A stretch of 64,000 nucleotides of DNA, taken from contig NOWV01000122.1 in assembly GCA_003344405.1 (NCBI GenBank), forward strand, positions 62,001-126,000. Direction: 5' to 3'. The number at the start of each line of letters is the position of its first letter. The stretch's first letter is position 1. Both the position numbers and the translations under genes were made by a program. The notes beneath the pieces are model-generated. The model was not told the origin of the DNA. It was given only the letters and a program-made list of their open reading frames with translations, and ran no database searches. Positions 1 to 13,550 of this stretch are shown here, piece by piece. This DNA is from Trichoplax sp. H2. Taxonomy: Eukaryota.

Positions 1-2909
1 TGTTCTAATCACTGGATCAATCCAAATCGAAAGCGATATCGCACTTTTACAAATTATAATCGAGAAGAAGGTTTAAGAGTTTGCCGATATATCGATCCAA
101 GCCACCTCGAACAGCAATCTAAATGCACCAATCGACATTGCTTTGAATACGCATGGTTACCCAGTCCCTGGTCCAGTTGTTTGCTCAAAGCTTCCAATTG
201 CGGCCAAGGTTTACAACATCGCCATTTAACATGCCAAAGAAACGATTCAATCATTGTCGATCATCGTTGGTGCCAGCAATATGCTAAGAATAAACTCGCT
301 ATTAATCGTCGATGCTTCAAAAATTGCTCGATCGACTGCATTGTTAGTACATGGTCAGTTTGGAATCCTTGCCAACATGATTGCGGTGACAGCTTAAGAA
401 ATCGTACAAGAACTGTATTACGAGCTCCGCAATATGGTGGTCGTCCATGCCCAAGTTTATTCCAGTTAGAAATATGCCAAGAGAGACTATGCCATGATAT
501 TCGTTGGCATTATACAACTTGGAGCCAATGTCTATTTCGTAATCTATCGAATCATTGTGGTCAAGGCTTTCAAAGCCGTAAAGTTTACTGTAGTGATCGA
601 CATGGCCATGTCTTAGATGATCAACGATGCTTATTAATAGCTGATAAACCAAATTCAGTAGAATCATGCCATATTGCATGTCCTGGTAAATGCGTTTATA
701 GTTTATGGACTCCTTGGCAGCCTGGAAATTGCATCTTAAACTTACGACCCATTAATAATCGTACCAGTGGTAAACCACAATGTCGTACTCGAAGAATCTT
801 AAGGCAAACCAGGAAACGCTACGAATGTTTACAACCTAATTTATTATTTCAACAGCGCTATATCGATGAAGATCAATTCTCATGGGATGCTGGCTCATGG
901 GCTACTTGTCGAACTTATCCGCGATCTCGTTGCGGTGATGGCTTACAATATCGTCCTATTTATTGCAAGAATCAAAATCAACAAATTGTTGCAACATCGT
1001 TATGCAAAACTAGACCACCTGAAGGAGTACGCGGTTGTCGAGAAGATTGCGATGTTGATTGTGCACTCTCACCATGGTCAGATTGGTCTTCTTGTTCAAA
1101 ATCATGCGGATTAAAAGGCATTTCAACACGCCATCGTAGCATTCTTTTCAATGCTACAGGTATTGGAAAAGCATGCCCATCCAGTCAGCAATTACAACAA
1201 CAGAAGTCTTGCAACATTCGCCCATGTGTAAATTATATCATAACTCGAAGTTCTTGGTCTGCATGTAAAACATCGCAACGTCAATGTGGTTATGGAAGAA
1301 AATCTAGGAGTATTACTTGCACACGTTATGACGGGAAGTATTTTGATCTCACCTATTGCCTTAATCAAAAGCTAACGCAATCTATGCAGGAGGTAAAGAA
1401 TTTTACCAAATTAAATGAACTCATTCAGTTTATGGACATTGACGTTGAAAGAAATTGCTATATTCCATGTAAGGATGATTGTGTTATGACCAGTTGGAGC
1501 TCATTTAGTCCTTGCTATCGTAATTGTAATAGAAATGATAGTCAACCACATCGTATAAGGGTTCGCCATGTCTTAAGGCCTAGCAGATATAATGGTCAGA
1601 AATGTCCTACAAACAATATCCAGATCATAAATTGCACTCAATCACAAGCACAATGTGCACAAGTTGAGTGGCAAACTAGTCCTTGGCAGAATGGAACAAG
1701 ACAAGTTTGGTGCCTAGATGTAAATACTGGATATAATGTCACAGGTTGTGATGAATTAACTAAACCTTCCACCAAAAAATCCTGTGACAGTAAATGTAAT
1801 GAACCTTATAAGGAATGCCAAGAAGGTCAATGTATATGTAAGGTAAGAAAGAATAATCATCTACTTGAGTTTTTTTTTCTACATTCTCACATTGAAGAGT
1901 TTAACCTTCATTAGTCATTTCACTTGCAAAGTTTAGCTGGCGATGCTCAATAGATCTGTAGAAGTGATTAATCTAGCATAAAGGAGTTACTTCCAATGCT
2001 CTATCTACAACAAGTAAAACTTTAGAGATCGTAGAATAATCAATCCAAAATTAACAATTTAAATTTCAAAATTCCATCTTATTCAATCTAGAATGGAACT
2101 GAAGGTGATGGTCAAATCTGTTTGCCAAAATCAGGATGTTTCAATAATCATCATTGTCCAGTAGCAAATATGAAATGTGGTCCAAATCAACAATGCCAGT
2201 GTATTAACGGATACCACATGAATTGTACTTCTTCAAATCATTGCCAGTGCTTTATTGATGAAGAAGGTAAGATAAAAAGATTCTGAAATTAAGCCTAGTA
2301 TCATCATGATCTTAAATCATCGAATTAAATCACGGTTAAAATCTTAATAATTCTTCTAACGTTAATATTCATAAATTTGTAATCGCCATCTGATAAATCT
2401 ATCTAATTATTATTCTCTGTGAGCAATAACATTTTGCCTTCTACTCTGGATAAATCGACGTTATTATCATTTATAAAGTATAATTTGTATTACTTCTTTC
2501 AAATCTATTTCGTTCTTATTTTTAAAGCAAACTTTATAATCTACTACTAGATTCTCAGGCAATCAATTGCCCTGTTGAGGAAAAAACGTCAACATCTGGA
2601 ACTATCCATATATCAAAGGAACCAGCATTAGCTATTGGCTGTAAGCGGAAATTACATCTTCCAAAAGCTCATAATATTACTGTTCAAGTAGAATTTTTCA
2701 ATCATCATAGTGTAATAAGTTGTGCCCAAAATTATTTAAAGTTAGTGCCTTCACGTGGTAAAGCGACCGTCTTATGTGCAAATTTAGTTGGCAGACATCA
2801 ATTAGCATTTCCAGTTGACTCATTACTGGTTGATTATCATAATCGTATGAGAGCTATTCTTCCTGAGTTACCAACATTTATCATGGAATATGCTTGGGAT
2901 AAAAAATAA
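1..2909 (+). CDS. THSD7-like thrombospondin type-1 repeat protein, 3' part (exons <1-1842, 2092-2266, 2551-2909), ending in EGF-like modules and a CUB domain
   Basis: Frame is open from base 1. Spondin-type (DCxxSxWSxWSxC..RxRxR) and ADAMTS-type (WxxxxWSxC..CGxGxQxRxVxC) TSP1 repeats alternate, as in THSD7A/B. GT-AG junctions are phase-compatible. The last exon reads CPVEEKTSTSGTI..C..I.V.F..C..NYL..LC..L.VDY..F.MEY (CUB pattern), then TAA at 2907-2909. Confidence 0.85.
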
Positions 2910-5900
2910 TAAATAATGAATAGATAATCGAATAGATAAAATTGATTTTAATTAATAAAGTAAACTATGCAAAAATTTTGAAATACATAACCTTAGAGCT
3001 TAAATTAACCACAAGTTTAAATTATAACTATTATTATTAGGGAAAGTAATCATTGACGCGACTGGAACTGGTTTACGAGTATATGTGTGTTTGATCTTAA
3101 ATCATTTTTACAAGCCAGATTGCCAGCATATGAGTAAATACTCGCTAGTTACAGAAATCGATAGTTAATTTTTACAATCCGATGCTTATATCGAAGAAGT
3201 CATGGTTAGACTTGCCTTTGAGTAACAAGACTCTTTTATACCAACTAAATATCTATCATGCTAGTTTTATAAATTAAACTTTTAATTTATATTGGCCACT
3301 TCAATTTCTTACTCTGCTATTTTTGTTGTACGAAAATACAATATATTAGCTATTTGCATTACTTGGCCATAACTTTTTCGATACGATCTGATAATTTCAT
3401 GTCGACACATGATACAGTTGTCTTATTGTATCTTTGCGTAGGATTTATTGCTTATTTTACCATGATTTTGGTGATATCTACTGAATAGAGGTATTGAAAC
3501 AACCTCATTACATCTATAAGATGTATGATTATTCGCTATGATCGAATAGGATGATAATTTGCCCGAGTACAATTTCTATTTAAGAGGTAAATGGTATATT
3601 TTACTCGAAAAAGTTACATACTGCTAATAAATCAATCGATTATTACCCAAACAATTAGTGTACGTCTGTGAATCGATGATGATGCAGTCATGGTCAAATC
3701 AATGACTTTATTTTAACTATTTCGGAGAATAGATTGGAGTGGGATATGACTTTACGTCTATATAGAGATTAAACTTATGATATAGTTCAAAGCTAAGTAT
3801 TTACTGTAATGAAGTGAGGAAAGTTTTGGGCAAGCCGATTTCTGGTGCTGAAATCTGCTTCCATCGAAGTAGCAGGTACATAAAAATGCGCCTATACTGT
3901 ATTATTTCGGTAGATTACTGCCAGTTATCAATGCTTAACGTAGCCAGATAGAAATTTCTTGCTAATCCACACTAATTTCAATATCGTCTTGTAATAATTT
4001 CAGCTAATTAAGGTAGTTATGTGTTAGGAATACAGTGATAGTATACAGTGTAAAACTTTATGTTTAATAAAGTAAGTCTTGATAAATATTAAGAACTCAT
4101 ATATTATACGTCCTTATGATTGAGTAGTTGAGAAAAATAAATAATTAAATAAGGCTTTCGAAAATATCGGCTACTGGTTGTAACAGAATAAAATTTCAGG
4201 CGATGAATAATATTACGGTACTTTCGTCTAATCTAGACGGTGTACGATGGAAAGAAACACCGAATAAAATGCATTTAAGCAAGCAGGAACAAAACTTCTA
4301 GACATATACATTTATTCATCTTCGCATACAGATGACATTAAGCGTAAGTATATAAAAGTTCAAAAAAATAATTAAATGTTATTTGCGCTACATTAATTTC
4401 TTAGTAGCAGAGTGTGCTATTATTCCAATTAAATTTTCCTCATCCACATGGCGATTAAAAGTAGACATTGCCTATTATTCAATTGTTGTCTTAGTCCGAT
4501 GGTCATTAATGTCTTGTTTCTAAGATTTAAAATTGACAGTAAGCTACGCTAAATACTGTAAGAAATAATAATCATAATGTCATCACAGTCTGATAAATAA
4601 TGAGGATATAGACAGGAATAGCTTAATGACAATCTTATTAATCGTACATGATATAGAAGAATTTTTCTAATTATTATTTTTTAGTCCAATGATAAAAGCT
4701 ATAACAGAAATGAATTATATGCAGAAGCCAATGAAAGATTATTAACATTCATTAAGTGAAAGAGAAAAGCCGTTAGGCAAATAAATGGTTATTCTAGAGA
4801 GAAATAGTCAACAATTCATAATCTATTGCGATACCAGTCTGTGAATTGCTACAATATTTATTAAATGGTACTGTCTTTCCATTTTGTTGTCGTAGGCAAA
4901 AGAGGATAATTTAATACTTTTAATAATGCAAGAAGTCGAAGTAGATTTAAAAATAGTCAAAAATTTTCATAACAATAAGAATTTCTCGACATAAAAATCT
5001 AGTTGCTGTCTTTATTATTCCTCTAATTGGAGATTAAAATCCCATTCCATGAAATGAGATGTTGACTTGGTATCATAATTTTTTCTATGGGAATTTGGAA
5101 TCATACCACATGAAATCCATTCTTAGCATCAATCTTCTTTATAGAAACGCAATGATAGAACATGAAATCAGATAAATATCTTTGCGGTATCTTTATCTTT
5201 GGTTTCATTAGACATTCCAAAAGAGATTCCCATTGCAATACATAAAATCTAGACAGTGTCCCATCAACGCGTCTACATAGTGTATATTGGAAGAATATTA
5301 CATGAAATTATATTCGAGATCTAGCTGCAACACATGAAATGTGGCCAATATCTTTGTCAATTTGACTAAGAGATGACAAAAATATCACATGAAGTTGTAC
5401 TAGGATTTCAACTGTAGCATAAGAAATCTTAGCCTGCATCTCATCAATCTGACTAATGGATATTACAAATATTTAGTATGTAATCATAACTAAGCATTCC
5501 TATCAAATTATCAATCATTCCATCGGTAAACTACTGCAACATTACTTAAAACCCAGTTTGGCATCAACTGTTATGCTAAAGGCTTTGATATGATCAATTT
5601 GATCCCATTTCAGGTCTAAAATGCAACCATTCTTGTAATTACGTAGTAAACTTTTCTGTACTCTAGAAATGGTTTGGAGAGATCGTAGAACCATTGCAGA
5701 CTTCTAGACTGATTCAATTTTATGATTATTCCATTTACTACGATTACATACATATATGATATCAAGATGGTATAGAATACATTATATACCATAGATTAGG
5801 ATTGAGGTCAATTTTCTAATACATACCACGGTAGGGCATATAATTAGAAATTAAAATGTTACAATAAACAACCGAGTAAAGAAAATGATGGATGAAAATA

Positions 5901-6437
5901 AATCAATTTAATAATTTTAATGTACTTTATACATGAAACAGGTAAAAGTAATGCAAGCTAAAACATAAAATCTCTACGAAAAAGTTAAATAAGCAGATTC
6001 TGGTCACCTAATAGACTAACAAATGAAAAGCTTAAATTACAAATCTGATCATGATATTATCAGAAACCATTGACGAACAGAGAAAATACAATCAATTCAA
6101 GTATAGAATTACATTATTAAGTAAAATTATCAAGGTATTTTGACTATTTTAATAGCCCAAAATAAAAAGATTGTAAATATTTCGCAGCTACTTGGCTATT
6201 GCAGCTTAGTAGTTGCTGCTGTGGAAATAACTTTCTCCTATTTGTTGGAAAAAGCTAAAACATATCACCTGCATGTGATGAATTCGTTTCTCAAATCATA
6301 TTAACTTATTTCTTGGCTGTTTAATTGAACAGTAAATTTTAGTTCTAATTGCATCTTTCGATTATAAAGGCAAAAAAAACAGAAAGGTTGAGAAGATATT
6401 ATTAAAGATATGTAAACAATTTCTAGATATTTGCCCA

Positions 6438-9400
6438 TTAAAAGGACTGCTGGCCATTTAATTGTAATTGCTGAAGTAAAAGTAAATTTTGCATGTTATT
6501 GGGATTGAATTGATCTAGTGGATTTTGATTTAATGCCTGCTGCTGAAGTAATAACGGTAAAAGTTGTTCTTGTGTTCCAATTGCAGGATTTGCTAATACG
6601 TTTAGTAATGGATTGAACTGATTAGTTTGGCCATTGGCTGGTGTATTTTGCCCTTGATTTTCGGTCTTGCTGTCTGTGGATTGATTTTCTTGATTATCAT
6701 TGCCCTGCTTCTTTTGAACTTGATTTTGCAACGTATTAATCTTCTGCTGTTGCAATAAGAGCGTTTGTAGTAATTCAGTTTGTTGCTGTTTGTATTTTTC
6801 TGTAGCTATTGCTTGCTGTATAGACTGTTCTTGCTGTTCACGTTGTTGTAGTATTAATTCTTGCAATTCTTGTTGTTGTTTTAAGGCAGCTGCTGTTTGT
6901 AGTGCAATCTCTCCTTGTTGTTGATGATGTGCAATGGCATCTTGCTGAATTAGAACTTGATCGCGTAATTGCTGAATGATAGCTGATTGCTGTATAGCCA
7001 CTTGTTCAACTTGTTGCTGCTGGGAAATTGCAGCTTCTTGTAAGATAGATTGATAGTCACTTTGTTCTTGTTGTCGCTGCAACAAGGATTGATACCATAG
7101 CTGCAATTGCGCCTCTTGAAAATCAACTTGTTGCTGTGCTGCTAGCAAAGTGTATTCATTGATACTTTGATCCTGAGTAGGAGGATTGAACGTATCTACT
7201 ATTGAAGGCGATGCTGATGAGGAAAATTTATTCGCTTTGAGTCGATCTATTTCATCTCGCCCCGTTAGTAATCGATTGGATTCTTCCGATGTTATACTAA
7301 ATCGATCATCATTATCCAAATTTTTATTTTTAGAACGACGAGTTTTCCTGGATTTTTTGCTACTCTTGGGGGTTGACGATTGATCTTAAAAAAATTAGGA
7401 TGAATATTTACCCATAATTATGTTATAGCAATAGTTTTGTTAGCAATACCAATCTATTAATCAATTACATATATTTTATCATATTTCGCTGTGATCTAAA
7501 AAGATTTGCTTGCTAATCTGCTCCACATACCATTTAAAATTTAGCCCTTAATAAATAATTATCATTTTATCAATTTATACTGAGATCACTACGGTATTAG
7601 AATTTTATTTTGCTGAAATGTAAATAGTAATGATGTAAGAGCAAGAGTAGGATTACAGATATTGCTATTCGTAGAAGATACTAAATTAATTCTTTGACTA
7701 ACGGAGGATATCGATTCAACGTAGATTTATGATCACCCTTTCCATCTATCTCCTCATATTAATTAGAAATTATTAGCCTAACTTGAGATCACTACCTCGT
7801 ATAAACTAAGAAGAAATGATACTAATATCATTTGTTAAGGATCTAAATCTGAAATATATTGCAAGTAAAAAGTGTTGATTCACTTTTACACTTTATTCAT
7901 GTAACAAATTCTCTCAATTTATTTAAGAACTACCAATCTATCCTGAGATCGCTACATAATTTATTAAGAACAGTAACATAAAGGTATTACAGGTGCTGGT
8001 ACTAGTATTTATTACGGTATTAATCTCAGATCTCAAGTGACTACGATATAGCGATTTGCTTGCAGTTAAAAAATTTTGCTTATTTTTAAATATTATTAGT
8101 AAATTGCCGATTAATTATCTGAGAATATTTCCTCTTGTAAGGTAAAGGTAAAATAGTAACGGTAGATGAATGATACTGACATTATTTTACAAATCATATT
8201 AATCTGAGGTATAAACTGCTATAATTGACGAGATAGATCCAAGCTTTGGGAGCTAGCTATCTTTGCATGAACTTTCTATTTTTAAATTAATAACGAAACT
8301 GTGATCCATACCTGATTTTGCTTTATTATTTAATACATCTTTGGAAGGAGTTTCCTTTTCACTTTCTGAATCACTCTCACTGCTAGACGATTCCTGGTCT
8401 TTTCCATTTACAGAAGTGGTTGGCTCTGAATCTTCACCTCCTTCAGAATCACTTTGGTTACTTGCAACTTTGTTCTTGCCTTTTTTACTCTTTTGCTTCT
8501 TGCCTTTTTTCGTGCTTGACTGCTTAATCTCATTTGGGCTAGACTTTATTTCTTTAACTGCCTCAATTAGATCTTTTAATAACGTAGATGTTGCTGTATC
8601 ATCTTTAGTATGATTAGTAGTAGTAAGATTCTGAACAACTGGAGGTAATGGTTGTAGTTGCTGTTGCACTTGTGGCTGCTGTAGTTGCTGTTGCACTTGT
8701 GGCTGCTGTAGTTGTTGTTGCACTTGTGGCTGCTGTAGTTGCTGTTGCAGTTGCGCTTGCTGTAGTTGCTGTTGCAGTTGCGTTTGCTGTAGCAACTGAG
8801 CATTTTGTATTGCTCCAATTTCAGTTGATGATGGAGATGCAGTTAGTACTCGGCCTGAAAATGAATGATCTAAAACCGACGTGGGAGTGCTATTATTACT
8901 AGAGTAAGGTAAATTAGGGGAAACGGAATGATTTGCAGTTGTCCTATCTTGTAATGGATGCGCCCTCACTCCGTTTGTAATAGCTTGTGCACGGGTTGTA
9001 TGAGCTGGCTCTGATGGAGGTAGAATCTACAGTATGTAGAGAAATTCAAGATTTAGGTTATAAGCAATATCCGCTAATTCTACTACTGTGCGTTGACTTG
9101 ATAAAACAACAGTGAAACAATACCCTATTTGATTTTTGTAAATGGTTGGTTGGTGTCTTCGCTCTAGCTACATTAACTTTATCAGATATCATTTCGGCCT
9201 AAAATATACGAAATAATTCAATGTTATAAAGTATTCGATTCCATGAATAAATGTGAAAATTACTTAAGAAATCATGTGCTTGTATTTAAGGATAGGATAG
9301 AAGATTGCTTTAAAATTTTCATGATTATTTTCAAATGCGAAATGTAGATACAAGTAGAGGATAGCGTATCAATTTAGCAAGTTTTAATTGTTAGTTCCAT

Positions 9401-12400
9401 TTATGACCTTATTTCTACTATATTGTATATAATATATATGTAATAAGTAACTAATATAAGCAGGCAATTTGAAAATTGTATACTGTTGAGTTGGTATTGC
9501 AGTTACAGGAAGATGATGATAGAGTAATTTAGCAAGTTTTAATTCAACTCATGACCTTATTGCTATCACTCAGAATAGCTATGTAAAACTTTAGCCTAAA
9601 AACTACTAACAGATCTATCAAGCTATGAGAATAATAGGGTACTGGTACGAGTAATGCAGATTTTAGTTAGGAAAATCAGTAAATTTTAACCATCAATCCG
9701 ACCCATTTTGGGCCTAATCGCTATTTCATGGGTAGATCTTAGAGATTATACCTTTTAATTACTGTATAATATTATTGCCAATGGCTAGATTACATGAAAT
9801 TTCTAAACAACGATGAGATTCAATACAGGAACGGATTTACAATTTTAGTACTCACCGGTGTTGTACTACATTGAAACATATAGATTAAACGCTGCCTATT
9901 ATTATTCGGGACAAGCATAATTAATAGCAGCAAGCTATTAAAGATTTTACTGCCAGTGATATGATGGCAGGCTTCTAGACGTTCAAATTGGAGTAAATCT
10001 TGTCTCTCCTAAATGGCGGAAAAAAGAATTGAAATTAAAATCATATCAAATCGTTGCTTGTAATTATTATCAATCAAGAATGGATTCATCTTGGTTAATT
10101 TAATTTTGCAATGGCAATGTCAAACCTTGGTTGCAGCATCGTAAAGAATAATATCATAGGGACATATTCTCAATTCTGTAGGCTGTATATTGAGCAAATT
10201 TCTTGCTTTTCTTTCCTAAATCGAATAAGCAGGATGAATAGATGAGCAATGATTTAAGAATGTGTGCTACTAGTTTACTCAATTTACTAATTTAATGATT
10301 ATTCAGTTTTCTTAATTGTAAAATAGAAGTAAGATCGGCATTTTAACAATAGAAACGGTTGTTATTTTATCAATAAACGAATTTATTTGATGGAGTTGAT
10401 ACTTAATTCTATGCATTTTACCTGTAGATGTTGTAGAATGTATTTTGCGGTCATAGTTTCCATTTCTTCTTCGTAAACTAATGTGCTCATCAGATACTGC
10501 GGACAACAATAGCGACCATCGATTATAATTGTTAATAGAATATACGCTTAAAGTCATTCCAATTTACTTCAGCATAAGGTAATCTGAGCTTTTTCGCATA
10601 ATTTATATGGCAAACTACGATAGAAACCTTATAAGAACTCTTTAGCTGTCAATAGACTGTCGTTATAGAATAAAATGAAAGTTATCTCCAGACGAACTAC
10701 TGCTTTGGTTCTCATATCGTACATTTTATGGAATAAAAATAGTAAAAGAATCTATCCGCTTACCTCGACTAAGAATGATTCTCCTCTACGTAATGCTAAA
10801 GTCGCTGATCGATGATTGCCTTGAATATTGGAGGAGTATAAGAGAAAATAGCAACACATGAATATATGCAACGGGAAGACAGAAAATTCGAATATGTTGT
10901 AATGGAGACGACCATAATATACATGGACAGAAAATAGCACAAATGTACAAGCGTTCGATGAAACTGGAAAAACTTGATAATCCATTTAGACTGTAACTAA
11001 AACGCACTATTGATAGAATTACTAATAGCAAATAAAATTACTCTCAGCTACTGTATTAGTTCTTGTAAAATTCTAAATTGAAATGATAACTCAATGTCTC
11101 TCTGACTTACCCGCGTCTCGGCTGTCTCTACTGGAGGGGAGGCCCTAATTATAGTAGAAAGAAATCGGCACTTAATTCGGGAAATGGATGTAATCGCTAG
11201 ATGTCTTAATTTTGCCCCATAGAATAGGTAAATAGTACTTTATGCCAGAGCTATTCTCAAAGCTAAAGGCTAGATATAGTGATTATGAACGTTAAACTTT
11301 GAAAGTCAGTTGGAGTTATCATTGCCCGTCTACTTCTAGAATGGGTCAATAATACTTTATGCTAGAGCTTTTCTCAAAGTTAAAGGCTAGATGCAATGGC
11401 CATGCACGATTTATATCGTACTCTGCTTAAAGTCAATCAGAGTTCACAATTGCTCTTAGTCTATATACTTCTAGCTTAATTGCAGTATCCTTTATGTCTA
11501 TCCTTTGATTCAATACTAAATGAAAACTGGACATAAAGAATCCATCAAATCTTATACTGTCAATATCCTTAATCAATGTTAAACATAAATTAAGCATAGA
11601 AAGAATTCATCCATTTTTATGTCATCAATGCGTTTAATTAGTATAGAATAAAAACTAGACGTTCGCCTAAAAGATACATTCATTTTCTACTATCAATATA
11701 CTATCAAATTAATTGACGTTATTCATCTAGTGCATTTATTAGTAATGATTTTGAACTGGAATAAAAATATCATAGTAAAAATTATTTTCTTCTGTTTCTA
11801 CGATAATATTTGGACGTCAAGATGGAATTAATCTTTCGCTAGGATGAAAAATGCGAGAGAAGAATTTTGTTCCGTTTGAACATCAAATCTTTGCACGGAT
11901 AGATGGAATTCATCTTTGGCTACAGTAAGATGAGAAACATGCAGAATGTAGGATTTTCTCTCAATTTCCATATCAAATCTACGGTATAAATGATAGAATT
12001 AATGCTTCACTATGATAGATGAACGCGAAAAATATAATTTTACTCATCTCCTAGATCAAATTAAGGGGCAATAGGGACGATATTAATCTATCACTAGGTA
12101 AAAAAAAAACGTGAAAATTATATGATTTTGTTCAGTTTCTACGTCGAATCCATTGCATGTAAGCATAGAATTAATCTTCGACTACGATGGAAAGATGACA
12201 AATGAATGGTTTCGTCTAACTTTTACAGTAAGTCTACCGTTTCTTAACAGGGATTTAGTGCTGCAAAATGACAAACTTAAAAAAAAAATAACTCGATTTT
12301 GTTCAGTTTGAACGTCCGATCTAGCGTTATTAGCATGAAATTAATATCTGGTCGTGATAAAATTATGAAATAAAAGAATTTCTTTTCAGTTTCTACGTTA

Positions 12401-13550
12401 AATCAAATGAATTAGCCATTGACTATGATGAAAATATGAAAACCGAATTATTCTGTTCAGCTTCTGTATCCAATCCACAGTTTAAAATAAGAAATTTTCC
12501 GACGAATACGATGAAAACACTAAAATTAAATCGTTCTGCTCTGTATGTATCAAAATCTTTGGATATGAAGATACACGAAAATAAATCATTTGGCATCATT
12601 TCACTACGTTTTTCATGCCTGATCTAGTTAATTCTACCGTTTATGGCTACAAATAAGTCTTCAACTAGGATGAAAATTTCAAATAGATGATCATTTTCTT
12701 CAGTTTGGTCTGAAACTTATGCCTATCCTCTTCGACTAGGATGAATATAGCCCATCATTGAATCCTTTGTTGGGTCTATATATCCAAAGCTATAACGTTA
12801 AGGGAATTTATCTTTGACTTATATGGTATAAAATACAAAATAATAATTTGTTCATTTTTTCCTATTCAATAGGTACTACAAAGAAATGGATTTTCATGTT
12901 ATCAAATTGATCATTTGATGTTGTCCATAACATGATCTACCCGACCGATATCATATCGATCGCGACCCGATTTAACAGCGTTAACCACAACATTGATCGT
13001 TGTGACGATGGAACAAAAATCAATATTAATTCAATTATCTTCTACACGTTTACGAGCATAACTGAGCGGTCTACGCTAAATAGACGAAGACGGATGAATA
13101 ATAATTCATAAAAAAGAATACTTTACAAACTGAAGAGAATTCTTTTCAAGCAAAATTGAACATACATCTAAGCTCCGATTTCGTTGGCGTGTTTCCCATG
13201 GATCAGCAAATGAGGCTCGTACAGGTTCAGATTTGTTGCTTTGAGGGGATTGATTATTTCGTGATCTAAAATAGCAATGGAATAAACATTTCAACTCACA
13301 TCAATCCTCTCCTATCTACCAATCATCAACATAGTATCTGTCATGTCTATTTTAAATAGGAATAACAAGCGGATATTGATCAATTTCTCAATCATTGTTT
13401 TCAATATGAGGGTTACTTTTATCTTATTTGATTCCTAAATTAATGGAACGAATGTAAAGGAAGGAAAGGATTCGCCAAAATAAATTACCTTGCCTTATTT
13501 ACTTCCTTGGGATCCAATTTATGTTTGGGTTTGCTTTTTTCATTGCCCAT
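6438..13550 (-). CDS. Predicted N-myristoylated protein with EPS8-type PTB domain and Gln-rich C-terminus, ~768 aa (exons 13550-13489, 13265-13166, 11144-11111, 10819-10764, 10496-10422, 10215-10126, 10008-9856, 9198-9124, 9026-8312, 7384-6438)
   Basis: Ten exons with GT-AG boundaries join in one frame (2307 nt). Starts MGNEKS. The central region FLVEYLMST..TELRICPYDIILYDAATKERQDLLQFERLEACHHITGSKIFNSLLLLIMLVP..IYMFQCSTTPAEMISDKV resembles the EPS8 PTB fold. The model incorporates ORF-track entries 8253-8969 and 6438-7319. Confidence 0.75.
8652..8795 (-). repeat. Coding 27-bp minisatellite (LQQPQVQQQ units) in the PTB/Gln-rich gene
   Basis: The plus-strand unit tgtagttgctgttgcacttgtggctgc is repeated about 5 times with variation. 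Confidence 0.8.
11790..12830. repeat. Degenerate ~60-bp tandem repeat in intron 2 of the PTB gene
   Basis: Motifs gaattaatct(t)..actagga/actatgatgaaaa and ttttgttcagttt recur about every 60 bp. Confidence 0.5.

Noticed and set aside
10764-10860. SH3-like start CVAIFSY near LALRRGE on the minus strand
   Set aside because: The two motifs are in different frames. CVAIFSY is the polypyrimidine tract of the acceptor at 10820, and the exon fits the PTB model.
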